A stretch of 64,000 nt of DNA from an uncultured Nitrospiraceae bacterium (GCA_963811165.1 CAWEQH010000004.1:1-64000); one strand, 5' to 3'. Positions 41,744-52,374 are shown, numbered from the stretch's first letter. The notes: generated from the letters alone by a model not told the origin. Program-made: numbers and translations.

Positions 41744-44700
41744 TTGCCCAAGAGAGAAGATATTAAGAGCATACTGATTATAGGTTCCGGCCCTATCGTG
41801 ATAGGCCAGGCCTGCGAATTCGATTATTCCGGCACTCAGGCCTGCAAGGCCCTCAGGGATGAGGGCTACAGGGTCGTCCTCGTCAACTCAAACCCGGCCA
41901 CCATAATGACCGACCCAGAGACCGCCGACGTCACGTACATCGAGCCGCTTACCGCTGAAATCCTCGAACTCATAATCGAGAAGGAACGGCCCGATGCGAT
42001 TCTTCCTACGATGGGGGGACAGACCGCCTTAAACCTGGCGGTCGAACTCGCAGAGAAAGGGATCATAGAAAAATACGGGGTCGAACTGATAGGGGCAAAG
42101 CTCCATGCGATAAAGAAGGCCGAGGACAGGGAACTTTTTAAAGAGGCGATGGCGAAGATCGGGCTTGAGGTGCCCAAGAGCGCCGCGGTCATAAGCGTTC
42201 GGGAGGGCATGGACGTTATCGGGACCATAGGTTTCCCGGCGATACTCCGACCGGCCTTTACCCTGGGCGGCACGGGAGGCGGCATCGCATACAATCAAGA
42301 GGAGTTTGTAGAACTCCTCGATAAGGGCCTGAAGCTCAGTCCCGTGAGCCAGGTGCTTATCGAGGAATCGGCCCTTGGCTGGAAAGAGTACGAGCTTGAA
42401 GTCATGAGGGACAAAAAAGACAATGTGGTGATCGTCTGCTCGATAGAGAATTTCGATCCGATGGGCATACACACCGGAGATTCGATCACCGTCGCACCTG
42501 CCCAGACCCTCACTGATAAGGAATACCAGAGGATGAGGGACGCGTCGATCGCGATAATCAGAGAGATCGGCGTGGACACCGGCGGGTCAAACATTCAGTT
42601 TGCCTTGGACCCAACGAACGGCCGGATGGTGGTCATCGAGATGAACCCGAGGGTGTCGAGAAGTTCGGCCCTTGCCTCGAAGGCCACGGGGTTCCCGATA
42701 GCAAAGATAGCGGCGAAGCTGGCGGTAGGACTTACACTCGATGAGATCAGAAACGACATTACCAGGGAGACCCCGGCGTCCTTTGAGCCTACCATCGACT
42801 ATGTAGTGACCAAGTTTCCCAGGTTTGCCTTTGAAAAATTCCCTGAGGCGGACCCGCTCCTTACGACCCAGATGAAATCCGTAGGCGAAGTGATGTCTAT
42901 CGGCAGGACATTCAGGGAGTCGTTGCAGAAGTCCTTGAGGAGCCTAGAGTCCGGAAGCTATGGGTTGGAGGAGGTCGGCGGGGACCTTGAGAAGATCAAG
43001 ATGAAATTAAAGATACCGGGAGTCGAGCGGTTCTGGTATGTGGCACAGGCGGTGCGCGCCGGCATGAGCATCGAAGAGATTTATGAGCGTACGGCGATAG
43101 ACCCATGGTTTCTGAACCATATGAAGCAGTTGGTGGAGATGGAAGAAAAAATCAAAACGGAGGGTAGGGGCGGGGTTATTACCCCGCCTTTACTCCGCGA
43201 GGCCAAGGAAAACGGTTTCTCCGACAGGCGGCTCGCCCAGCTTCTGGGCAGGGACGAGGCGGATATCAGGAACCGAAGGAAGGCAGATAACATAAGGCCG
43301 GTATACAAGATGGTCGACACCTGTGCAGCCGAGTTCGAGGCGTATACGCCGTATCTCTATTCGACGTATGAACGGCCGTTTTATAAGCTCGGAGGCGTGC
43401 AAGCCGGTAAGCCTGCAAGCTGCTTTGAGTCCGAGGCGAACCCGACGGACAGAAAAAAGATCGTGATCCTCGGGTCAGGGCCAAACAGGATCGGTCAGGG
43501 AATAGAGTTCGATTATTGCTGTGTCCACGCTGTCTTTGCCCTGCGTGAGCTGGGGTATGAAACCATCATGGTCAACTGCAACCCAGAGACGGTCAGTACC
43601 GACTATGATACATCCGACAGGCTTTATTTCGAGCCCCTCACCATAGAGGATGTCCTCAATATCCTCGATGCCGAGAAGCCTGAGGGCGTGATCGTACAAT
43701 TCGGGGGGCAGACGCCCCTGAAGCTTGCGGTGCCCCTTGAAAGGGAGGGCATAAGGATACTGGGGACTTCACCCGATTCGATAGACCGCGCCGAGGACAG
43801 AAAGAGGTTCAAAGAACTTCTTCACAAACTGAATCTCCGTCAGCCCGAAAGCGAGACCGCCATGACAGTCGAAGATGCGGTCGCTGCGGCCGGCAAGATC
43901 GGCTATCCTGTCATGGTCAGACCCTCGTATGTCCTTGGGGGCAGGGCGATGGAAATCGTATACGACGAAGATTCCATCCGTAATTATATGGAAAGGGCCG
44001 TGAAGGCGTCTCCCGACCACCCCATTCTTGTCGATAAATATCTAAGTGATGCAGTGGAGGTGGATGTCGACGCAGTCTCAGACGGCGAGGCGGTGATCGT
44101 CGGAGGCGTGATGGAGCATATCGAGGAGGCCGGCATCCATTCCGGGGACTCCGCCTGTTCCCTCCCTCCCTACTCCCTGAGCGCGGAGATCGTCGAGGAG
44201 ATAAAGGGGCAGACGAAGGCGCTTGCAAAAGAGCTTGAGGTCATAGGTCTGATGAACGTGCAGTTTGCCGTGAAGAAGAACGAGATATTCATCCTTGAGG
44301 TAAATCCAAGGGCGTCGAGGACCATCCCTTTCGTGAGTAAGACCACGGGCGTTCCCCTTGCCAAGATTGCGGCGAAGGTTATGGCGGGAAAGACACTGAA
44401 GGAACTGGGGCTTACGACAGAAAAGTCAGTAAAGCATGTCGCCGTCAAGGAGGCGGTATTCCCCTTCGATAAGTTCCCCGGGGTAGATACGATACTCGGC
44501 CCCGAGATGAAATCCACGGGTGAGGTGATGGGCATAGACGAGGACTTCGGGAGGGCCTTCGCAAAGTCCCAGATTGCAGTGAACAACAGGATTCCGCTTT
44601 CCGGCAAGATCGTCATCAGTATCAGGGACGAAGACAAACCAGGCATATGCGATATAGTCAAAAGGCTTTATGAGGCCGGCTTTTCGGTCATCGCCACGAA

Positions 44701-45001
44701 GGGTACCGCGGCATTTCTGGACAACAAGGGGATTCCGGTGGAGGTGATCAACAAGGTCGCAGAAGGAAGGCCGCATATCGTCGACCTCATAAAGAACAAG
44801 GAGATCGTCTTTGTCATAAACACCGTCAGCGGGGCCCAGGCGCAGAAGGATTCTTTTTCTATCAGGCGCAGCGCCCTTCAGTACGGTGTGCCTTATACGA
44901 CCACGGTCGCCGGCGCCAGGGCGGTCATCTATGCGATCGAGAGTTTGAAGAAAAAGAAGATAAGCATCAAGTCGATACAGGAGTATCACGGGGCAGGGTA
45001 A
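41744..45001 (+). CDS. carB: Carbamoyl-phosphate synthase large subunit
   Basis: [17 protein letters not shown], duplicated ATP-grasp halves, C-terminal MGS domain. Confidence 0.98.
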   Translation: MPKREDIKSILIIGSGPIVIGQACEFDYSGTQACKALRDEGYRVVLVNSNPATIMTDPETADVTYIEPLTAEILELIIEKERPDAILPTMGGQTALNLAVELAEKGIIEKYGVELIGAKLHAIKKAEDRELFKEAMAKIGLEVPKSAAVISVREGMDVIGTIGFPAILRPAFTLGGTGGGIAYNQEEFVELLDKGLKLSPVSQVLIEESALGWKEYELEVMRDKKDNVVIVCSIENFDPMGIHTGDSITVAPAQTLTDKEYQRMRDASIAIIREIGVDTGGSNIQFALDPTNGRMVVIEMNPRVSRSSALASKATGFPIAKIAAKLAVGLTLDEIRNDITRETPASFEPTIDYVVTKFPRFAFEKFPEADPLLTTQMKSVGEVMSIGRTFRESLQKSLRSLESGSYGLEEVGGDLEKIKMKLKIPGVERFWYVAQAVRAGMSIEEIYERTAIDPWFLNHMKQLVEMEEKIKTEGRGGVITPPLLREAKENGFSDRRLAQLLGRDEADIRNRRKADNIRPVYKMVDTCAAEFEAYTPYLYSTYERPFYKLGGVQAGKPASCFESEANPTDRKKIVILGSGPNRIGQGIEFDYCCVHAVFALRELGYETIMVNCNPETVSTDYDTSDRLYFEPLTIEDVLNILDAEKPEGVIVQFGGQTPLKLAVPLEREGIRILGTSPDSIDRAEDRKRFKELLHKLNLRQPESETAMTVEDAVAAAGKIGYPVMVRPSYVLGGRAMEIVYDEDSIRNYMERAVKASPDHPILVDKYLSDAVEVDVDAVSDGEAVIVGGVMEHIEEAGIHSGDSACSLPPYSLSAEIVEEIKGQTKALAKELEVIGLMNVQFAVKKNEIFILEVNPRASRTIPFVSKTTGVPLAKIAAKVMAGKTLKELGLTTEKSVKHVAVKEAVFPFDKFPGVDTILGPEMKSTGEVMGIDEDFGRAFAKSQIAVNNRIPLSGKIVISIRDEDKPGICDIVKRLYEAGFSVIATKGTAAFLDNKGIPVEVINKVAEGRPHIVDLIKNKEIVFVINTVSGAQAQKDSFSIRRSALQYGVPYTTTVAGARAVIYAIESLKKKKISIKSIQEYHGAG

Positions 45002-45097
45002 GGTGTATTTTGTTTGACCGGCGTATCATGACAGACTCATAAAGTTTATTAAATTTTCTCCATGAAAGAGCTGCTGCTGATATGCTAAATTTGACGC

Positions 45098-46417
45098 ATG
45101 CGCCGAATCTTTGACCTGTCACCCTTATCCAATAGGCTTTGTCTTATGGTTCTTTTTATCGTCATCTTATCTCTCCTTGGTTGTGCTACAACGAAAAGCA
45201 TTCATGAGGGATACCAGCCCATTCCAAGACATCTGGAAGAAAATATCGAACGAAATGAGTTTTCAGTTGCAAAGGGAGATGATGTCATTGGCCGGTTGGC
45301 ATTCATCAGTCTTGAAAAGGGGGATACGCTGCCGGATATTGCGAGGCACTTCAGCCTTGGGATCAATGGAGTCAGTGCAGCTAATCCAGGGGTGGACATA
45401 TGGGGGCCTGAGGCCGGAAAACGTATCATGTTGCCTCTGAGCTTTATCCTGCCGGACGCTCCCAGGAAAGGCATCGTGATCAACTTAGCTACAATGAGGC
45501 TTTTTCAATTTAAAGGAGATAGTGAGTCGCTGGCGGTGTTGACCTACCCGGTCGGTGTCGGTACCGAAGAGCGGCCCTCGCCCACAGGTCACATGTATGT
45601 GGAGCGCAAGGTGGTCCGGCCGACCTGGCATGTGCCTGCCTCAATTGCCAAAGACCATCGACAAAAAGGAGATCCCCTGCCAGCTGCAGTTCTGCCGGGA
45701 CCTCAAAATCCCTTGGGAGAATACGCGCTCTATTTAAGTAAGTCGGGTTATTTGATCCACGGCACTAATAAACCGGCAAGCATTGGTCTTAGGGCAACGA
45801 ATGGCTGCATAAGACTCTATCCGGAAGACGTGAAAAAACTCTATGAGAATACTCCGGCTAAAACACCTGTATATATCGTTAATCAGCCATATCTCCTAGG
45901 TCAACGTAATGGAGTAGTGTACATGGAAGTTCATGCGCCCCCGGAAGACTTGGACACTGTTGAGTTTGATACGTTATATACAAAATTGAGAAATATTGAA
46001 AAGGAATCGGGGCGCACGCTTGACTGGAGCAAAGTTAAGAAAGTATTGGCCGAGGCCCTGGGGATTCCTGTCCCCATATTCGAGATCAGGCAAGGAAGTG
46101 GAAAAGGGGTTGTGGAAACCATAGAAGTCAAGCACCCAGGCGAATTATATGGCAGACCAGAAATACCAGAACTGAAAACAGATGCGTGGTCTGTTTTGGC
46201 CGCTGACGTGCGCGACGAGATTGATGCGGTGAGGCTTGCCGCCATTATCAACCACCAGGGTCCACAAATCCCGGCAAGGGTATTATCAAAGAATGTGAGC
46301 TACCGTGTTATCGCCGGCCCCTTCAATGATATCAGCGAGGCCAAGAATGCAATCAAACGCTTGAAAATTGATTTAGAAATAGATGGTATGTTGATTGAAC
46401 CTGTCAAGAAGAGGTAG
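45098..46417 (+). CDS. L,D-transpeptidase (ErfK/YbiS/YcfS type) lipoprotein with LysM-like and C-terminal SPOR-like domains
   Basis: Lipobox LLGC; GDTLPDIAR...ANP; IHGTN...TNGCIRL; YRVIAGPF tail. Confidence 0.9.
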   Translation: MRRIFDLSPLSNRLCLMVLFIVILSLLGCATTKSIHEGYQPIPRHLEENIERNEFSVAKGDDVIGRLAFISLEKGDTLPDIARHFSLGINGVSAANPGVDIWGPEAGKRIMLPLSFILPDAPRKGIVINLATMRLFQFKGDSESLAVLTYPVGVGTEERPSPTGHMYVERKVVRPTWHVPASIAKDHRQKGDPLPAAVLPGPQNPLGEYALYLSKSGYLIHGTNKPASIGLRATNGCIRLYPEDVKKLYENTPAKTPVYIVNQPYLLGQRNGVVYMEVHAPPEDLDTVEFDTLYTKLRNIEKESGRTLDWSKVKKVLAEALGIPVPIFEIRQGSGKGVVETIEVKHPGELYGRPEIPELKTDAWSVLAADVRDEIDAVRLAAIINHQGPQIPARVLSKNVSYRVIAGPFNDISEAKNAIKRLKIDLEIDGMLIEPVKKR

Positions 46418-46596
46418 TCGATCCCGCCTTTCCTGCATGTTCAGGCCGCATAACTTGTTGAAGCACCGCGTTAAAATTATGGTAACCCACGATCTCGCAC
46501 CATGAAAATAATTTAATGATTTCTTCGCCTTCTTGCGTGGTATTATTTTGGGCATGGGCTTCCGGCCTGAACAATACCATGAAGGAGGATTAGACG

Positions 46597-46917
46597 ATGA
46601 AGAAGAGTCTTTTGGTGATCTCAATGATGTTTGTTCTTGCTGTTACCGTGGGTTGTGCAACAAAAGGTGACCTCGAGAAAGTTCAGTCGCAGCAAATGAT
46701 GACCGGTGCGAAAGCCGATCAGGCAGCGCAGGATGCGCAGTCTGCCAAGGCGTCAGCGGATGCGGCCACGTTAAAGGCAGAGGCTGCAGCGACCCGCGCC
46801 GAAAATGCTCTCAAGATGGCAGAGGAAAGGGAGAAGATCGCAGATGAAAAGGCAAAGATCGCAGACGAAAAGGCGCAGAGGGCTGACAACATTTTCCAGA
46901 AATCAATGAAGAAGTAA
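46597..46917 (+). CDS. Lpp/OprI-like alanine-zipper outer-membrane lipoprotein
   Basis: Lipobox TVGC, Ala-rich heptads, C-terminal KSMKK; GGAGG RBS and strong terminator. Confidence 0.85.
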   Translation: MKKSLLVISMMFVLAVTVGCATKGDLEKVQSQQMMTGAKADQAAQDAQSAKASADAATLKAEAAATRAENALKMAEEREKIADEKAKIADEKAQRADNIFQKSMKK

Positions 46918-46965
46918 GTAAATTCTATGGGGAGCTGTTAACTTTGCCTCTAGTGCTCCGAAAAG

Positions 46966-47000
46966 GAAGTGGCAGGGTCTCAAAACCCTGCCACTTCTTC
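46966..47000 (+). terminator. Terminator after Lpp-like gene
   Basis: GAAGTGGCAGGGT-CTCAAA-ACCCTGCCACTTC stem. Confidence 0.7.
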
Positions 47001-47104
47001 ATGCTTCCACCGTTCAGGTCTGCCTGGACCATTCATGCATTTAATCTGTCAAACCAGGGCCGCTGCGATCATCAAACATATTATGAACGAACACGAAGGC
47101 CTAT

Positions 47105-48071
47105 ATGGGGTAAAAAGGAAAGTAGGATAGGTGAGCATCTAAACTTTTTCTTTGTCTGCATCATAATAACATCAATGCTAATATGCGGATGCAGTCACTT
47201 TAATGAGGGATTTCAGGCCAAGTCAACCTTCGAAGAAGCGAATGATCTTTTCAGCCGGGGAAGCTACAAGGCCTCTCTGAGCAAATATGAGCAGATTATT
47301 GAAAAATATCCCACGGCCAGGGACAGGGTTCTTTTCGAGACGGGTATCATTTATGCCTATCCCGGGAATGCGCAAAAAGATTATCAGAAATCTCTGGAAT
47401 GTTTTCAGAAACTCATAAAAGATTACCCGGGGAGTGAGTACAGGAAGGATAGTGAGATGATGATATTTAATATCAATAATGTCACTATTAAGGATAAGAC
47501 GATTGCTACGCAGCAAACACTGATTGAGACTCTCCGACAAGAGGGTGAAAGCAAAGGGAATGAGATTATTACACTGCAAAAAAAGATTGAGGCGCTTGAA
47601 CGCGAGGTTAAGAGCAAAGAGAATGAGATTTTTGCAATCCAGAAGGTCCCGGCAGATAAGATTCTGATAGAAAAGAAAGAACGGCTATTGATGTTGATCT
47701 CAAAGGACAAGGTGCTCAGGACTTATAAAATAGCCTTGGGGGGAAACCCGAATGGTCCAAAAGAAAGGCAAGGCGATAACAAAACCCCGGAGGGAAGCTA
47801 CGTTATCGATTCAAGAAACAAGGACAGCCGTTATCACCTATCTCTTCATATTTCCTATCCAAACGAGAAAGACAAAAAGCGGGCAAAAAAACTTGGTGTT
47901 TCTCCGGGCGGAGACATCATGATCCACGGCATTAAGAATGGTTTCTCGTGGGTTGGTGATTTTCACACAGAGGGTGACTGGACGAAAGGGTGTATTGCCG
48001 TTACAGACGAAGAAATAGAGGAAATTGACAAGTTAGCGCCAAATGGTACGATTGTTGAGATAAGGCCATAG
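47105..48071 (+). CDS. YkuD-family protein of YafK/DpaA type with N-terminal lipoprotein signal, TPR and coiled coil (start appears frameshifted)
   Basis: GPKERQGDNKTPEG, SYPN, IMIHG, WTKGCIAV; ICGC lipobox; ATG at 47105 is in frame only if one G of GGGG is removed. Confidence 0.8.
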
Positions 48072-48077
48072 AGGGCC

Positions 48078-48135
48078 GTATAACTTATCGCTTCCCCCGA
48101 ATCGCGTAACGCTCCTGGTGAACTAAACGATCGAG
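48078..48135 (+). other. Degenerate integron attC-like site
   Basis: GTATAAC-5 bp-GCTTCCCC...GGTGAAC-5 bp-GATCGAG just after the stop codon; right core decayed. Confidence 0.4.
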
Positions 48136-48151
48136 GAGGATCCTTCCGGTA

Positions 48152-48532
48152 CTACTTGCCTGAGAGAAGGTTCAGTCGTTGTCCGTCCTTTAAAAGTAAT
48201 TCTGCTTTTGTCATACGCCAATTCCTCTTTTCCGTTTTTAATTCTAAAAAGGCTTCACCATCACTATTCGGTCCCTGAACAACCAAAGTAAACTTTGCTC
48301 TCCCTTCAGTGCCGGGATTATTATGCACCTCAAAACTATCAAATGCTGCCAACGCTATTTTTTGAGGTTTACCCAGATTATCGGTTACCGTGCTGTTATT
48401 CATTAAAAATTGTATTGAAAATAGATATGGGTCTGATCGTAAAACCATGAAGCGGCTGTAAACTTGAATCACGGTAAACGCAATAAGGACTATGAGAAGA
48501 ACAAGACTTCCTTTGCGAGATAATATTTTCAT
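48152..48532 (-). CDS. Hypothetical membrane-anchored protein, Coa1-like
   Basis: N-terminal TM then SDPY...V...LG.P...G.A...V.GP...G...W pattern; AT-rich. Confidence 0.55.
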   Translation of the reverse strand: MKILSRKGSLVLLIVLIAFTVIQVYSRFMVLRSDPYLFSIQFLMNNSTVTDNLGKPQKIALAAFDSFEVHNNPGTEGRAKFTLVVQGPNSDGEAFLELKTEKRNWRMTKAELLLKDGQRLNLLSGK

Positions 48533-48766
48533 ATTCCGTGATGTGTCAAGTGTGATCCTCATGAAATTATGCAGGGATTGGAACTCTTTTTTCAATAGGC
48601 AGGAAAATAAAAGCTGTTTTCACCTTTCCTTCAGGCAGCGTGAGGAAGTAACTCAATACGTGAGGCTTTTCCGCTTCAGTGACTCAAGCCCCTGTTGCAA
48701 TTGCCTCTGAACTCCATTACTATTTATTAATAAATGAAAAGTAATAGTGAGACCTAGAGGTGTGAC

Positions 48767-50074
48767 ATGAGGAAGATCGATGAGCGCCTCCCTTTGGTTC
48801 AGAACGCCCCGATAGATGGTAAGGTCGTCCTCGTCAGGTTCGACCATAACGTCGTCAAAAACGGCCAGATAAGGGACCCCTACAGGATAGACCGGACTCT
48901 GGGCACGCTCTACAATATTGTCGAAAGGGGCGGCAGACCGATCCTGATGACCCATATCGGGAGGCCGAAGGACAAGAAGACCGGCGAGATCAACTGCAGG
49001 GAAGAAGATTCCGTAAAGCCGATCGTCGAGTATCTTGAGCGCAAACTCCATATCAAATTCCATATACCCGAATTCAACATGGTCCCCGGACAGGGTATCA
49101 CGGGGATCGACACATCGATTAACCATGCCATAAGGGCACTGAAGGAAAGGAGGATAGGCGGAATCTATCTCCCGAATACCCGCTGGTTTCAGGCGGAGGA
49201 GTCAAAGGAAGAGGGCCGGGACAAACTGGCGCACCAGCTTGCCGGTCTGGCGGACATATTCGTCAATGATGCCTTCGGTTCCTGGCAGCCCCATGTCTCC
49301 ACATACGATATCGCCAAATATCTGCCTTCCTTTGCGGGCTTTCTGATGCAGGAGGAGATCGTGAATCTCGATTACGTCCTAAACCCCGGCAGGCCTTTCA
49401 CGGCAGTGGTCGCCGGGTCCAAGTATGACACGAAGATCGGGCCGCTTTATGCGATATACGGAAAGGCCGACAGGCTTATCCTTGGCGGCGTGATCTACAA
49501 TACATTTTTGTGCGCAAAATACGGTGTACGGATCGCGGGTGTCTCCGATAAGGATGTAGAGGCGGCAAAGGAGCTTGTTGCCATGGATGAAAAAGGCGGG
49601 AAGATTGTGGAACTTCCGTACGTCGTTGAGTCCGACATCCTCGAGGGCAAAGTGGAGGGCAAGCACAGGACCCTTTCGCTCGGCGACTTCAGGAAGGGCA
49701 ACAGCTATGGGTATGTCCTCGACATAGACAAGAAATCTTTTTCGGACAAGAAGGTCCTTGACGCAATCCTTCATTCAAGCACCCTCTTCGTAAACGCGGT
49801 AATGGGGCTCACCCCGCACTTCTACGACGGCTCTCAGGCCCTGGACGAGACGATCGACAGGAACACCCATGCCAAGAAACTTTACGGCGGCGGTGATACG
49901 CTCCAGGAGTTCAAGGACCTCTGTCCGGGGCTTTACCTTTCGGTACTGGATAATGCACAATATTATTTTTTCACGGGCGGAGGCACTGTCCTGACCGCTA
50001 TCGAGCAGGGGACGCCTTACGGACTTAAGCCTGTCCAGGCCCTGATCGAAAACGGCGGTAGGGCGACTTTGTAA
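48767..50074 (+). CDS. pgk: Phosphoglycerate kinase (divergent form)
   Basis: VRFDHNV, THIGRP, NTR, VNDAFG, GGGDT, TGGG. Confidence 0.9.
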   Translation: MRKIDERLPLVQNAPIDGKVVLVRFDHNVVKNGQIRDPYRIDRTLGTLYNIVERGGRPILMTHIGRPKDKKTGEINCREEDSVKPIVEYLERKLHIKFHIPEFNMVPGQGITGIDTSINHAIRALKERRIGGIYLPNTRWFQAEESKEEGRDKLAHQLAGLADIFVNDAFGSWQPHVSTYDIAKYLPSFAGFLMQEEIVNLDYVLNPGRPFTAVVAGSKYDTKIGPLYAIYGKADRLILGGVIYNTFLCAKYGVRIAGVSDKDVEAAKELVAMDEKGGKIVELPYVVESDILEGKVEGKHRTLSLGDFRKGNSYGYVLDIDKKSFSDKKVLDAILHSSTLFVNAVMGLTPHFYDGSQALDETIDRNTHAKKLYGGGDTLQEFKDLCPGLYLSVLDNAQYYFFTGGGTVLTAIEQGTPYGLKPVQALIENGGRATL

Positions 50075-50110
50075 TATACTAAGGAGTTCACACGGATGAG
50101 AGTATTATAA

Positions 50111-50186
50111 AACCCCTCCTCCCCTCCCTTCGCTAAAGGGAGGCATCCGTATACCCCTCTTTGGCAAAGAGGGGCGAGGAGAGATT
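50111..50186. repeat. Double-hairpin REP-like repeat (CCCCTT-n-AAGGGG family)
   Basis: CCTCCCTT-CGCT-AAAGGGAGG and CCCCTCTTT-GGC-AAAGAGGGG hairpins. Confidence 0.6.
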
Positions 50187-50326
50187 TTATATTCAATGTT
50201 CTTTTTCCTAATCTACTTATCAGTAACTGTTCTTCACCTCGCCTCCACACTAGGGGAGGAAGGAGGTACAAGAAGGCCACCGTTATTTGTTGGAGTGGAC
50301 ATAAATAACCTTTTAGGGAGGATCGT

Positions 50327-51541
50327 ATGGCATCCATCAGGAGAATCGGGGTAATCACAAGCGGAGGTGATTGCGGGGGCCTTAACGCCGTGATCAAGGG
50401 AATGGCAAGGGAGGCCTACGCGCATGGGATCGAGGCGGTCGTCATCCCAAACGGATATGCCGGTCTCTATAATCTCGTCGACCTGGAAGAGGTAGTCGTG
50501 CTGAGTGCCGAGAGGGTGAGCAAGATCGAGGCGTCCCTCGCCGGGTCCGAGGCGGGCCACTCAAGGGTCAAGATAAGCAAGATCGCAGACCCCCAAAAGT
50601 ATGAGCGGATAAAGAACGGACTGAAGAAGTTCGGGATAGACGCCCTTATCATAAGCGGCGGTGACGATACCGGGAGTGTTGTTGTGGACCTCTCCTCCCA
50701 GGGCATCCCCTGCATCCATGTCCCCAAGACCATGGACCTTGATCTGCAGCCCTACAGCGTGGGCGGGGATTCGGCGATCAACAGGATCGCTACCTTCACG
50801 AGGGACCTCAAGACCACGGGCATGAGCCATAACCGGATCCTTGTGATCGAGGTGTTCGGCAGATATGTCGGGCACACCGCGTTTCGGGGCGGGGTCGGCG
50901 CCGAGGCCGACTGCATCCTGATCCCCGAGATCCCCGTCGATTTCGATGTCGTCTACGAGCACATGAAGAGCACGTACTTTGCCAGGATATTGCGCAGCGA
51001 TGTGAAGGCAGGCACGTATATCATAGTCGTCGCAGAAGGCCTCACGACTGCAGGCGGCGAACTCCTCTATGACGAATCTGCCGGAGTCGACGCCTTCGGC
51101 CACAAAAAGCTCGCAGGTGCGGGAAAATATGTAAGACAGCAGCTCGAAAAGAGACTGAAGGCCGATCCGGAGGTGCTTGAGTTCATGAAAAAGACCGGGA
51201 TGTTCGTGCCGGGGATATACGCGATTCCTGAGGTGCGGGAAGTCACCCCTGGGCATCTTGTCCGTTCGGGCGGCTCCTCCGCCTACGACGTCAATTTCGG
51301 ATACAGGGCGGGCGCGGCCGCAGTATTTCTTCTCCTTTCGGGAAAGACCGGCAATACCGTCGTCAGCGTCAACGGCAATCGGATCGACTACATCGGGACA
51401 CCCGCGGCGATAAAAAGGAGAGAAGTGGATATTACGGAAATAGCCCTTTTCGAAAGCCTCGGTATCTGCTTCGGAAGAAGGCCGCAGAAGTTCGAATATG
51501 AATTTTCGGAAGTGCAGGGGACGATCGACAGGCATCTGTAA
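50327..51541 (+). CDS. 6-phosphofructokinase, probably PPi-dependent
   Basis: TSGGDCGGLN, GGDDT, PKTMDLD, EVFGR. Confidence 0.88.
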   Translation: MASIRRIGVITSGGDCGGLNAVIKGMAREAYAHGIEAVVIPNGYAGLYNLVDLEEVVVLSAERVSKIEASLAGSEAGHSRVKISKIADPQKYERIKNGLKKFGIDALIISGGDDTGSVVVDLSSQGIPCIHVPKTMDLDLQPYSVGGDSAINRIATFTRDLKTTGMSHNRILVIEVFGRYVGHTAFRGGVGAEADCILIPEIPVDFDVVYEHMKSTYFARILRSDVKAGTYIIVVAEGLTTAGGELLYDESAGVDAFGHKKLAGAGKYVRQQLEKRLKADPEVLEFMKKTGMFVPGIYAIPEVREVTPGHLVRSGGSSAYDVNFGYRAGAAAVFLLLSGKTGNTVVSVNGNRIDYIGTPAAIKRREVDITEIALFESLGICFGRRPQKFEYEFSEVQGTIDRHL

Positions 51542-51547
51542 GTGCGT

Positions 51548-51597
51548 AAAGTGTCAGTGATCAGTGCCGGTTGACTGACACTGATCACTGACACTTT
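51548..51597. terminator. Hairpin of 7-nt units between convergent genes (probable bidirectional terminator)
   Basis: AAAGTGTCAGTGATCAGTG / CACTGATCACTGACACTTT 19-bp inverted repeat. Confidence 0.6.
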
Positions 51598-51606
51598 TGA
51601 AAAAAT

Positions 51607-52374
51607 CTATTTTTTGTCGATCAAGACCTTCAGCGCATTTGCGTCCCGGAAACCCGAGATAACCCTGCCGTCCGGCATCACCAGGGTGGGAGTGCCTGTT
51701 ATGCCAAGCTTCTTCCCCAGGGCTATGTTTTCATCCACGGCCGACGTCTTGCATTTTGGTTTGGCCACCGGTTTTTTCTCGAAGGCGGCATCAAGCAGCG
51801 CAAGAGATTTCTCGCAGACGATCGCCTTTGCTTTTTCAGCCGCTTCCTTATGGATCGGCAGGGGGAACATCTTTATGAAGAAAACGACGTCTTTTCTTTC
51901 TGCAATTACCTTCTTGAGTTCAGGATGGAGTTTTGCGCAGAATGGACAGTCCGGGTCTGTGAAGACTATGACCCGTTTTTTTGCTTTTTTGTCGCCCATG
52001 ACGATGGCGTCTCCGAGCGGGACCTTCGAAACATCGATCCTGTTGAGTTCCTCTGCCGCTTCCTGGGTGAGGTTTCTCTTGCCCTTGATATCGATGAGCT
52101 GGCCCGATATCAGATATTTCTTTGTGATATCGAGGTAGAGCGCTCCTTTCTTACTGCCTGATTCAATGTCTATCTCCCACATGGATTTCATAGGTGTGAG
52201 TTTGATACTGAGTATCTTGACGTTCGGTACGATGTCCTTCAGTAATGCTTCCGCCTCTTCCTTTTTTAAGGTGTGACACTTCGCGCAGTTTTCTCCCTTA
52301 TTGCTGAATCCGTAGGAATTTGAGGCATACTGCAGAATGGCCAAGGCCGCTACGAGAAACAAAATCTTGCGCAT
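51607..52374 (-). CDS. dsbC: DsbC-family thiol:disulfide isomerase with N-terminal CxxCH
   Basis: Signal peptide, CAKCH, FTDPDCPFC, GITGTP. Confidence 0.85.
   Translation of the reverse strand: MRKILFLVAALAILQYASNSYGFSNKGENCAKCHTLKKEEAEALLKDIVPNVKILSIKLTPMKSMWEIDIESGSKKGALYLDITKKYLISGQLIDIKGKRNLTQEAAEELNRIDVSKVPLGDAIVMGDKKAKKRVIVFTDPDCPFCAKLHPELKKVIAERKDVVFFIKMFPLPIHKEAAEKAKAIVCEKSLALLDAAFEKKPVAKPKCKTSAVDENIALGKKLGITGTPTLVMPDGRVISGFRDANALKVLIDKK

Noticed and set aside
46944..47104. N-terminal extension of the DpaA-like ORF
   Set aside because: Runs through the Lpp terminator; the signal peptide begins near 47105
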